Program-made: the position numbers and the translations under genes | Source: an uncultured Chloroflexia bacterium | GTDB taxonomy: Bacteria; Chloroflexota; Dormibacteria; Aeolococcales; Aeolococcaceae | Assembly: GCA_963803165.1 (NCBI GenBank) | Contig: CAWDLK010000008.1 | Location: 8,790-72,789, forward strand | Length of the DNA stretch: 64,000 nt | Direction of reading: 5' to 3' | Notes under the pieces: generated by a model | Databases searched by the model: none | What the model saw: the letters and a program-made list of their open reading frames with translations, nothing else | What the model was told of the DNA's origin: nothing | In this document: piece after piece, positions 1 to 8,179 of the stretch | Numbering within the stretch: the first letter of the stretch is position 1 | Layout of the letters: each line of letters starts with the position of its first letter

Positions 1-567
1 GCAGCCCGCGATCAGGTCGAGCCGGGCCCCGAGCACCCCCAGCGCCGGCGCGAGCCGGGCGCCGTCGAGATATACCCAGAGCCCGCGGGCATGGGCATGG
101 GCGCAGATGGCCCCGAGCTCAGCAGCGGTGTAGACGGCGCCCGACTCGGTGGCCTGGGCGAGGAAGATCCCGGCCGGTCGCACGCTGTGCTCATCCTCGT
201 GCTGGGCAAGCGCCTGGTCGACGAGGCAGGGCTCGAGCTTGCCGGTGGGCGTGGGGATCTGCACGATGCGGTGGCCGGTGGCCTCGATGGCGCCCGTCTC
301 GTGGACGTTGATGTGTGCGGTCTGGGCGGCGACCACACCCTCGTGGGAGCGCAGGAAGGCGCCCAGGCAGGTGAGGTTGGCCTGGGTGCCGCCCACCAGC
401 AGGTGGACCTCGCAATCCCGTCTCACCTGGGCGGCGATCCGCGCGGCCGCGAGCTGCGAGTACCGGTCCTCCCCGTAGCCGAGCTCCTGCCCGGCGTTGT
501 GCGCCACGAGGGCCTCGAGCACCGCGGGGTGGGCACCTTCCGAGTAGTCGTCGAGGAACATCAGCAT
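1..567 (-). CDS. ltaE: Low-specificity L-threonine aldolase / beta-eliminating-lyase family PLP enzyme (C-terminus cut by window edge)
   Basis: Absent from the ORF track because it runs off the window. Manual reverse translation from ATG 567-565 gives MLMFLDDYSEGAHPAVLEALVAHNAGQELGYGEDRYSQLAAARIAAQV...HINVHETGAIE...LWVYLDGARLAPAL, with no in-frame stop down to base 1. Listed + ORF 91..684 is its antisense shadow. Confidence 0.7.
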   Translation of the reverse strand, partial: MLMFLDDYSEGAHPAVLEALVAHNAGQELGYGEDRYSQLAAARIAAQVRRDCEVHLLVGGTQANLTCLGAFLRSHEGVVAAQTAHINVHETGAIEATGHRIVQIPTPTGKLEPCLVDQALAQHEDEHSVRPAGIFLAQATESGAVYTAAELGAICAHAHARGLWVYLDGARLAPALGVLGARLDLIAGC

Positions 568-634
568 GGTGCGTATGGTCGCAGCCCATGGGGGCGGAGT
601 GTGTGGCGCCGGGCACCGCTCCCGGCCACGGCGC

Positions 635-1274
635 TCAGCCAGACGTGGCCGGCTGGAGCTGCAGCCCACGCAGCCCTCGGATGAACAGGACCCAGAAGGC
701 CAGCTGGAAGACCACCTGCGTCTGCAGCTCCAGGCCGCCCCGCGACTGCGGCAGGTAGTAGGCGGCCGCGAGGCCGCTTGCGACCATGACGCCAGTCAGC
801 AGAGGGATGTACCAGTCGCCGGCACCCAGCCGTCTGATGGCCAGACCAGCCAGGCCCAATTGGATCAAGAACAGGGTCGACCCGAAGAAGACGTGGGCGG
901 CGTCCAGGCGAGTATACGGGGTCAGCAGCAGGCCAACCATCTCGAAAGCCATGACCTTCATGGACCGCCCTATGAACACGCCGTGTTCGAGAGCGGTCAC
1001 CAGCTCCGAAGCCCGCCATGTGCAGTACGCGGCACCCAGGAGTCCGATTGCGTAGGGAACGATCGTGTCCGTGTGCACTCCCAGGTAACTGAGGCCGTAG
1101 TCGACGTTCAGAACTCTGGGGGCGGATCACGATGCACACGGCCAGCATGACTGCCATCAATGTCAGCCCATAGGCGACGTAGGCTATCGAGCGCTCGATA
1201 TCCGAACGCCCTCGCGCCAATCCCTGGGTCACGGCCAGGAAGTCCCTGCCCCTCATGCAGGCGATTGTAGCCAC
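635..1274 (-). pseudogene. Polytopic membrane protein whose frame is broken at a G5 run (1118-1122)
   Basis: ORF 561..1274 has a hydrophobic N-terminus (IAYVAYGLTLMAVMLAVCIVIRP). After the homopolymer, the membrane-like sequence continues in the frame of ORF 635..1078 (PRVLNVDYGLSYLGVHTDTIVPYAIGLLGAAY...). A 1-nt change would fuse the two. Confidence 0.4.
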
Positions 1275-1382
1275 ACTCAGGAAGGGTCAGCGCCAGCGCC
1301 TGCCGAGCTCAGCCATGGTGGAGGAGTCGGTGTCATGCCTGGAGCGGCGCGTCACGTCCGCGGCAGGTTGGCCCGTCCGCCG

Positions 1383-2225
1383 CTACACGGAGCCCCAGCG
1401 CGCGGCTCCGGCCTCCGTCCGCCAGGCCCAGGGCATGTCCCGGGTGTTGCAGGCCACGCCGGGACGGCCGGCGGCGTCGACGACGATGATCCCACCCTCA
1501 CCGCCCGCACGCTCGGCCAGCTCCTCGATGAGCCGGGCGGCGCAGGTCGGGGCGTCAAGCCCGGCCGCGAGCATCTCGACCGCCCGCCGGCAGCCGGCCA
1601 GGCGGATGAAGGCTTCGCCCTGCCCGGTGGCGCAGGCGGCGCCTGGGGCGTCGGCGTAGAAGCCGGCACCGCAGATGGCGCTGTCGCCCACCCGCCCGGG
1701 GTACTTCCCGCTGAGGCCGCCCGTCGAGACCGCGACCGCCAGGCCGCCGCGGTCGTCCCGGCAGACGGCGCCGACCGTCCCTCCGGCGCTTCCCGGCAGC
1801 GCTCTTGCCGACTCTCGGAGGCGTTCCCGGCCGACGAGGGGCAGGGCCCGCTCGGCGGCGAAGCGGGAGGCGCCGGCGCCGGTCAGCAGGGCATGGCGGC
1901 CGTCTTCCAGGACGGCCCGGGCCACGCTCACCGGACTGGCCGAGTCGCTCATGCCGGCGACGGCGCCCGTCCGCAGCCCTTCAGCCGTCATCACCCCGGC
2001 GTCCAGCTCGACCTCGCCGTCAGCGTTGCGAACCGCTCCGATGCCGGCGTTGAAGTGCGGATCGTCCTCGAGCGCGGTGACCGCGGCCACCACGGCGGAG
2101 AGCGCCCCGTCCTCGAGCGCACGCCAGCCCGCCTCCAGCGCGCGGTCCAAGCCGGCGTCGATCTCGGCACGCGGAATCCGCGGGTTCCACCGCCCGGCTC
2201 CGCCGTGGAGGATGAGGGTCGCCAT
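1383..2225 (-). CDS. Isoaspartyl peptidase / plant-type L-asparaginase (Ntn hydrolase)
   Basis: MATLILHGGAG... HFNAGIGAV... GTVGAV (autoprocessing Thr context) ... STGG... GRVGDS... in ORF 1383..2279. Start moved to the MATLILHGGAG Met. Confidence 0.85.
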   Translation of the reverse strand: MATLILHGGAGRWNPRIPRAEIDAGLDRALEAGWRALEDGALSAVVAAVTALEDDPHFNAGIGAVRNADGEVELDAGVMTAEGLRTGAVAGMSDSASPVSVARAVLEDGRHALLTGAGASRFAAERALPLVGRERLRESARALPGSAGGTVGAVCRDDRGGLAVAVSTGGLSGKYPGRVGDSAICGAGFYADAPGAACATGQGEAFIRLAGCRRAVEMLAAGLDAPTCAARLIEELAERAGGEGGIIVVDAAGRPGVACNTRDMPWAWRTEAGAARWGSV

Positions 2226-2392
2226 CGGCACATTGTGGACTGCAGAACGCGGCAGATACGCTCGACTCCCAGCGCTCACGGTGAGCGCCGGTGTACTGGG
2301 CCATCTCGGATGTCGGCCGTCGGGCTCGGCCCCCAGGGAAGCTTACACTCGTCCTTGGAGCCCCAACCCCCTCTCTCCGGAGGCGGCAAGAC

Positions 2393-2584
2393 GTGTTCGA
2401 CAAGCATCGGGCGAAGGTGGCGGCGGAGGCGTACGCGAAGGCCCTGAGCGAGTGGCAGGTCCAGAGGGACGGGATGGCCGAGCTGATCCAAACGGCCGAG
2501 ACATTCGCGGGAGCGCCTTCCAACGACGTGATGCTTCGCAACGGCGAGAAGCTCTTCCTGGCCGTGTCCTGTCAAGTGGTGTAA
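2393..2584 (+). CDS. Hypothetical protein fragment, apparently truncated by the IS insertion
   Basis: GTG 2393 lies 9 nt after GGAGG. VFDKHRAKVAAEAYAKALSEWQVQRDGMAELIQTAETFAGAPSNDVMLRNGEKLFLAVS reads like real coding sequence. It ends (CQVV stop) exactly at the left inverted repeat of the IS. Confidence 0.3.
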   Translation: MFDKHRAKVAAEAYAKALSEWQVQRDGMAELIQTAETFAGAPSNDVMLRNGEKLFLAVSCQVV

Positions 2585-3900
2585 GAGAGATCGACGCCAT
2601 CCGCGCGTCGTCCGGCTCGTTCACGCTGCTGCGGTGATCGCGGGCAGGCCCTCCGTGTCGATGGTGGTATAGGTCTTGGTGAGCGACTCGGCGCTCATGT
2701 AGCGGCGGGCCACGGCCCACTCGTCGTTCTGCTCGGCGAGCACGGCCCCGACCAGGCGGATGACGGCATCGCGGTTGGGGAAGATGCCGACGACGTCGGT
2801 CCGGCGGCGGAGCTCCTGTTGAGCCGCTCCTGGGGGTTGTTGGACCAGATCTGCCGCCAGTGCTCCTTGGGGAAGGCGGTGAAGGCCAGCAGGTCGGGCG
2901 TCGCCTCCTCGAGGAGATCGGCCGCCCGCGGGAAGCGTTCACGGAGCTGCTCCACGATCCGGCCGTGCTGGGCCCAGGTCGACGCGGCGTCAGGCTGGGC
3001 GAAGGTGGAGCGGACCAGGGTGGCCACCGCGGCCTGGGCGGATCGGGGCACCCGGCTCAGCAGGTTGCGCATGAAGTGGGTCCGGCACCGCTGCCAGCTG
3101 GCGCCGTCGAGGATGGCGGCGATGGCGTTCTTGAGCCCTTCGTGGGCGTCGGAGATCACCAGCCGGACCCCACGCAGTCCTCGGGCCACCAGGCCCCGCA
3201 GGAAGGCCGTCCAGGCGGCTCCATCCTCGGCGCTGACCACGTCGACGCCCAGGATCTCCCGCTTGCCCTCAGCGGTCACCCCGGTGGCAACGACGGCACA
3301 GACGTTGACGATCCGGCCGTCTTCGCGGACCCGCTGGGTCAGGGCGTCGACCCAGACGTAGGGGTAGCCGGCGGGGTCCAGCGGCCGGTTGCGGAAGCTC
3401 GCCACCATCGGGTCCAGCTCCTGGGTCATGGCGCTCACCTGGGACTTGCTCAGCCGCTCGATGCCGAGCGTCCGGACCAGACCCTCGACCCGGCGGGTGG
3501 AGACGCCGCGGACATAGCACTCGGCCACCACCGCCACCAGGGCCCGCTCCGATCGCCGGCGCTGCTCCAAGAGCCAGTCCGGGAAGTAGCTGCCCGAGCG
3601 CAGCTTGGGGATGGCCAGGTCGATCGTCCCCGTCCGGGTGTCCCAGGTCCGCTCCCGGTACCCGTTGCGGGAGTTCACCCGCTCCGGGGTCCGCTCGCCA
3701 TAGCCGGCCCCGCAGAGGCTGTCGACCTCCGCGTTCATCAGGGCGCCGGCGAAGGTCGTGATCATCTCCCGCAACAGGTCGGCGTCAGCCGCCTCCACCT
3801 GCTTGCGGAACCAGGTCAGGGCATCCATGCTGGGTGTGGCCACCGTCGTCTCCTCGAGGTTGGTGATGCTTCCTCAAAGGATGGCGGTGGTCTCTCTCTT
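2583..3900 (-). mobile_element. IS256-family insertion sequence (about 1.3 kb)
   Basis: Imperfect terminal inverted repeats: AAGAGAGATCGACGCCATCC (2583-2602) against the reverse complement of 3879-3900, AAGAGAGAGACCACCGCCATCC. They enclose a single Mutator/IS256-type transposase gene. Confidence 0.8.
2621..3843 (-). pseudogene. IS256-family (Mutator-type) transposase with a 1-nt frameshift near 2815
   Basis: ORF 2695..3843 matches the IS256 transposase pattern up to ...[10 protein letters not shown] and then goes out of frame. Shifting one base restores the conserved tail [46 protein letters not shown], ending at the stop at 2621-2623. Confidence 0.85.
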
Positions 3901-4131
3901 TGTGGGGACCCTCAGGTTCCTCGTACACCACGTCTCTGGACGCTAACGTGGGGCCCCGACGGCAGCCGGCGCTGACGCGAGGCCGGCGGTCCGGGCCTGT
4001 CTGCGATTCCGGTGGAAGTGATGGCACATCCGGCCGCATGTCGGTGACGTTCCGGTAGCGGACCGGTTACCGCGGCCGTCGCTGCCGATGCTGACGGTTG
4101 TCCGTTTCGGCGCATCCGGGAGTACGAGGCA

Positions 4132-7100
4132 ATGAGGCGCGGTAGCGTCCTGGCCGGTGGTCTGCTTCTCCTTCCCTCGCTGGCGGCGATCTTCGCCCTC
4201 TCGCCGAGGCCGGTCCTGGCCGATGAGGACACCACCACCACCATCACCGCGGCTGGCGAGACCGCCTACTCGATCCCCGCCGGCGCCTACGCCCTCCAGG
4301 TGACCGTGGTCGGTTCGACGGGCGGCACTGCCGCCTCGTCCGGCGCACCGGGCCAGGGCGCCCTGGTGCAGGCGACCATCCCAGTGCCTGATGGGCTGTC
4401 GACGCTCTACGTCGAGGTCGGCAACAGTAGTGGTGCCGGTGGCGGTGGCGCCTCCGCGGGTGGCGGAGCGGGAGGGGGTGCCTCCGACGTCCAGACCTGC
4501 TCGGTGGCCGAGCCCGGATGTGCGTACACCGCGGACCCGGCCAGCGATCCCCGCCTTGTGGTCGCCGGCGGTGGCGGCGGCGGCGGGCAGAACGACCCCA
4601 ACTCCGATTTCATCGATGGCGGAGCAGGGGGGAGCGCCGGCGCATCGGGGACTGCCGTCACCGGCCCGGGTGGCGGCGGCGGCTATGGCGAATTTGACGA
4701 TCCCTATGACGGCGCTCCCGGGGGTGACGCGGGTCTCGGTGCCGACGCGTCCACAGCCGCGCCGGGTGCGGGCTGCCCCGGCAATGGCACCGGCACGGCC
4801 GGATCTCCGGGCACTGGGGGCGCGGGACAGGAGCTGCCCGGCGTCGACTGGTTGGAGTTCGCGGCGGGAGGGAGCGGGGGTGGGGGCTGGGTCGGGGGTT
4901 CGGGTGGCGGCTCGGGAGGCTGCTACTACCCCAGCCTCCCTGACTTCGTCGTGGGTAGCGGCGGCGGTGGCGGCGCCGGGGCCAGCTTCCTTGAGAGCTC
5001 GGCCACCGACACGCGCGTGACCACGGCGGGGGACACGCCCGCTGAGGCCGTCATCACCCCCCTCTTCGCGATCGCGCCGTTGGTGATCAGCGCGGCGTCA
5101 ACCACGTTCACCGCGGGGTCGGGCGGTGCCTTCACGGTCACCACCAGTGGCGCGCCAACCGCCTCACTCAGCGATGGCAGCGCGACCTTGCCCAGCGGCG
5201 TCACCTTCACCGACAACGGCGACGGCACCGCCACCCTGGCGGGCACACCCGTGGCGGGCAGCGCCGGCACCTACGACTTCACCATCACCGCCAACAATGG
5301 GTTCTCCCTCGAGGCGACGCAGGATTTCACCCTGACCGTGGACAATCCCGCGTCCCCGGCGATCACCAGCGATGACGAGACCAGCTTCACGACCGGCACC
5401 TCGGACAGCTTCACGGTGACCACCAGCGGTGCGCCAACACCCACGCTGCGCGACGGCGACGCCACCCTGCCGAGCGGTGTCACCTTCACCGACGACGGCG
5501 ACGGCACCGCGACGATCGCGGGGACGCCCGCGCCGGGGAGCGGCGGCATCTACGAGCTCACCGTCACCGCCGGCAACGGCGTCTCCCCCGACGCCACCCA
5601 GGGCTTCAGCCTCACCGTCGACGAGGCCCCGGCGATCACCAGCGCCGAAACCACCACCTTCGCCTTCGGGGTGTACGAGTCCTTCACCGTGACGACCAGC
5701 GGGTATCCGACCTCCAGCCTCTCCTCCTCTGGATTGCCCGGCTGGATCACCTTCACGGACAACGGGAATGGCACCGCGACCATCTCGGGGACAGTGCTGG
5801 GGACCGGTATCAGCGACGTCGTCATCACGGCCAGCAACGGGATCTCGCCGGACGCCACTCAGGACTTCACCTTCTATGGGGCGGCGGCGCCGGCGTTCAC
5901 CAGCGTCCCCTTTGCGGGCTTCGTGGTCAGCAGGTCGAACAGCTTCACGGTGACCTCTCAGGGCGTCCCGGCCGCGAGCCTGTCCGATGGCGGCGCCATC
6001 CTGCCCAGCGGGGTCAGCTTCACCGACAACGGCGATGGCTCCGCCACCCTGGCGGGGACTCCAGCGGCCGGATCCGGCGGCACCTACGCCATCACCATCA
6101 CCGCCGACAACGGAGTCTCCCCCGATGGCGTGCAGGATTTCACCCTCACCGTGGGTGAAGCTGCAGCCCCGGCCATCACCAGCGATGACGGCGCCACCTT
6201 CACGGTTGGGGGTGCGGACAGCTTCACTGTGACCGCCACCGGACTCCCCTTCCCCAGCATCTCAGAGGTTGGCGACCTGCCCGAAGGGGTCACCTTCACC
6301 GACGAGGGGGAGGGCACCGCCACCCTGGAGGGCACCCCGGCGGCGGGAACCGGCGGCACCCACAGCTTCACCATCGGTGCCAGCAATGGCGTCAGCCCCG
6401 ACGCAGCCCAGGACTTCACCCTGACCGTCGACGCGGCGTCGACCCTCGTGTCGCTGACCTCCAGCGCCGACCCTGCGGTGGTGGGGGAGACGCTGACGCT
6501 CACCGCCTCGGTGGCGATCGATCCGTCAAGTCTGGTGACGCCCACCGGAACGGTCGCGTTCTTCGAGGGCAGCACGCTGGCTGACGTGGACACGCCGATT
6601 AGCGGTTGCACCGCTCAGCCGGTCGCCGAGGACGGCACTGCAACCTGCACGCTCAGCTTCGCCGCCGTGGCCGATCCCTACATCGGCGCCACGTACCCCG
6701 GCAATGACAGCTTCGTCGGGAGCAGCTCCGGGGAAATCGCCCAGGAGGTCGACCAGGCGGCCACCACGGTCACGGTGACCTCGTCCCCCAAACCCGCCAC
6801 CGCCGGCCAGGGGGTGACCATCACCGTGACCGTCGAGGCGGTGGCGCCCGGCGCCGGCAACCCCACCGGCCAAGTCACCGTCTACGTCGATGGCACAGGC
6901 TTCGCCACCCTGACCCTGGACAGCAGCATGGACAGCCAGGCGGTGCTGTCCACCGACGCCCTGGCGGCGGGGAACCGGAGCATCACGGCGAGCTACTCGG
7001 GTGATGCCAACTACGCGGCGAGCGCGACCTCCAGCGCGGACCCACTGCGGGTGACCTCCGAGCCAGCGGTGCCCACCACGGGTGTCGCGGCCCAGACCAT

Positions 7101-7176
7101 CGGCATCGTCCCCGGCATCCTCCTGATTCTCGCCGGGTTGAGCCTTCTGGGCTGGCGGCGTCGCGCAGTCAGCTAG
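4132..7176 (+). CDS. Large secreted surface protein: glycine-rich N-domain, six He_PIG-type Ig-like repeats, two Big_3-like domains, C-terminal sorting-signal-like anchor
   Basis: Signal peptide MRRGSVLAGGLLLLPSLAAIFAL. Long poly-Gly tracts. Six ~95-aa units ...SFTVTTSGAPTP.L.DG.ATLPSGVTFTD.GDGTATLAGTPA.GSGGTY.FTITA.NGVSPDATQDFTLTV. Tail VPTTG, then a TM helix, then RRR. Confidence 0.8.
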   Translation: MRRGSVLAGGLLLLPSLAAIFALSPRPVLADEDTTTTITAAGETAYSIPAGAYALQVTVVGSTGGTAASSGAPGQGALVQATIPVPDGLSTLYVEVGNSSGAGGGGASAGGGAGGGASDVQTCSVAEPGCAYTADPASDPRLVVAGGGGGGGQNDPNSDFIDGGAGGSAGASGTAVTGPGGGGGYGEFDDPYDGAPGGDAGLGADASTAAPGAGCPGNGTGTAGSPGTGGAGQELPGVDWLEFAAGGSGGGGWVGGSGGGSGGCYYPSLPDFVVGSGGGGGAGASFLESSATDTRVTTAGDTPAEAVITPLFAIAPLVISAASTTFTAGSGGAFTVTTSGAPTASLSDGSATLPSGVTFTDNGDGTATLAGTPVAGSAGTYDFTITANNGFSLEATQDFTLTVDNPASPAITSDDETSFTTGTSDSFTVTTSGAPTPTLRDGDATLPSGVTFTDDGDGTATIAGTPAPGSGGIYELTVTAGNGVSPDATQGFSLTVDEAPAITSAETTTFAFGVYESFTVTTSGYPTSSLSSSGLPGWITFTDNGNGTATISGTVLGTGISDVVITASNGISPDATQDFTFYGAAAPAFTSVPFAGFVVSRSNSFTVTSQGVPAASLSDGGAILPSGVSFTDNGDGSATLAGTPAAGSGGTYAITITADNGVSPDGVQDFTLTVGEAAAPAITSDDGATFTVGGADSFTVTATGLPFPSISEVGDLPEGVTFTDEGEGTATLEGTPAAGTGGTHSFTIGASNGVSPDAAQDFTLTVDAASTLVSLTSSADPAVVGETLTLTASVAIDPSSLVTPTGTVAFFEGSTLADVDTPISGCTAQPVAEDGTATCTLSFAAVADPYIGATYPGNDSFVGSSSGEIAQEVDQAATTVTVTSSPKPATAGQGVTITVTVEAVAPGAGNPTGQVTVYVDGTGFATLTLDSSMDSQAVLSTDALAAGNRSITASYSGDANYAASATSSADPLRVTSEPAVPTTGVAAQTIGIVPGILLILAGLSLLGWRRRAVS

Positions 7177-7182
7177 CCATTT

Positions 7183-7272
7183 TGGCGGAGGGAGAGGGAT
7201 TCGAACCCCCGAGGGCTTGGCGGCCCTTGCGGTTTTCAAGACCGCTCCGATCAACCACTCCGGCATCCCTCC
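7183..7272 (-). tRNA. tRNA-Ser (anticodon UGA), CCA encoded
   Basis: Reverse complement GGAGGGATGCCGGAGTGGTTGATCGGAGCGGTCTTGAAAACCGCAAGGGCCGCCAAGCCCTCGGGGGTTCGAATCCCTCTCCCTCCGCCA. It has a 7-bp acceptor stem, anticodon loop CTTGAAA, a long variable arm and a GTTCGAATC T-loop. Confidence 0.9.
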
Positions 7273-7320
7273 GTGGCGACCTTAGTTTCCCACTCCGTCC
7301 ACCCGGCGCCCGGGAAGTGC

Positions 7321-7812
7321 TCACCCGCGCCACATCCGCTCCAGCTGGGCGGCGTGCTCCTCCAGGTGGCCGATCAGCATCTGCTCGACGATCTGCGAGA
7401 TCGGCATCACGCCCTGGGTCGGATGGAGGCCCTTGGCCCGCCATCCCCGCTCGCTGATCTCGCCGAGGAAGGCGCGCAGGTCGTTGAGATCCTCCCGGAT
7501 GTCGTGCCAGAGGGCGGTGATCCCCCGGTGCCGGTCGCGCTCGATCGCCGCCAGGCGGTCGGGGTTGGCCCGGGTGCGCCCGAAGGCGACCGGCTCCGTC
7601 GAATCCTCGGCCAGCACCCTCTCGGCCTGGGAGATCCAGTACGGGAGGAACTCCGCGAGGTGCGCCCACACCTCCCCCGCTTCCCACCGCCCACCGGTCG
7701 CGGGGTCGGCCTCCGTCGTGCCCTCCAGGTGGCCCTGGGAGAGGATGCGCAGGCGTGCGCCGACGGCGGCGAGGCGGCGCTGGAACTCGGCTTCGGGATC
7801 AGGGGAGATCAT
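7321..7812 (-). CDS. DinB-family (DinB_2-like) protein
   Basis: MISPDPEAEF...WEAGEVWAHLAEFLPYW...MLIGHLEEHAAQLERM, showing the His-containing helices typical of DinB. Start moved from 8007 to 7812 because the longer ORF overlaps the tRNA-Ser gene on the other strand. Confidence 0.65.
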   Translation of the reverse strand: MISPDPEAEFQRRLAAVGARLRILSQGHLEGTTEADPATGGRWEAGEVWAHLAEFLPYWISQAERVLAEDSTEPVAFGRTRANPDRLAAIERDRHRGITALWHDIREDLNDLRAFLGEISERGWRAKGLHPTQGVMPISQIVEQMLIGHLEEHAAQLERMWRG

Positions 7813-7889
7813 GAGGGGTGGCGCGGACGGCGCGGTCGCAGGAGTGTGGATTCTGCATGATCCAGGGCTGGGGGCGCGCCCGCGCTCTC

Positions 7890-7895
7890 TATACT
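7890..7895 (+). promoter_or_regulatory. -10-like hexamer TATACT upstream of tRNA-Ser(GCU)
   Basis: TATACT ends 10 nt before the mature 5' end of the tRNA at 7906. Confidence 0.3.
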
Positions 7896-7905
7896 GGCCG
7901 GACCC

Positions 7906-7998
7906 GGGGAGGTGGCTGAGCGGCTGAAAGCGCCCGCCTGCTAAGCGGGTGAGGGGTGTTAAGCTCCTCCGAGGGTTCGAATCCCTCCCTTCCCGCCA
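7906..7998 (+). tRNA. tRNA-Ser (anticodon GCU), CCA encoded
   Basis: GGGGAGGTGGCTGAGCGGCTGAAAGCGCCCGCCTGCTAAGCGGGTGAGGGGTGTTAAGCTCCTCCGAGGGTTCGAATCCCTCCCTTCCCGCCA. Acceptor stem GGGGAGG/CCTTCCC (one G-U), anticodon loop CTGCTAA, long variable arm. Confidence 0.9.
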
Positions 7999-8179
7999 GG
8001 CCGACACCGTCCCACGGGGGTCGTCGGGCCGGCTGGCGTTCGACCGGGCCGCTTGCGCCCGCGCCGTGACGGTTTCTGCGGCATGCCGTCATGGAAACCG
8101 AACGGGTTGTGCACCGGAGGCGCGGCAACTCCCGCCTACCGTTCCTGGGGTCCCCGTCACCCCCTCGGAACGAGAGCGA

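Noticed and set aside
2571-3910. Target-site duplication flanking the IS256-like element.
   Set aside because: The flanks (…AGTGGTGT on the left, TGTGGGGA… on the right) are not identical in any register I tried, so no duplication is claimed.
7813-8007. N-terminal 65 aa of ORF 7321..8007, and N-terminal part of ORF 7949..11026.
   Set aside because: Both extensions run through the tRNA-Ser(GCU) gene. Sensible starts (MISPDPEAEF at 7812; MNRSPAARG signal peptide at 8180) lie downstream of it.
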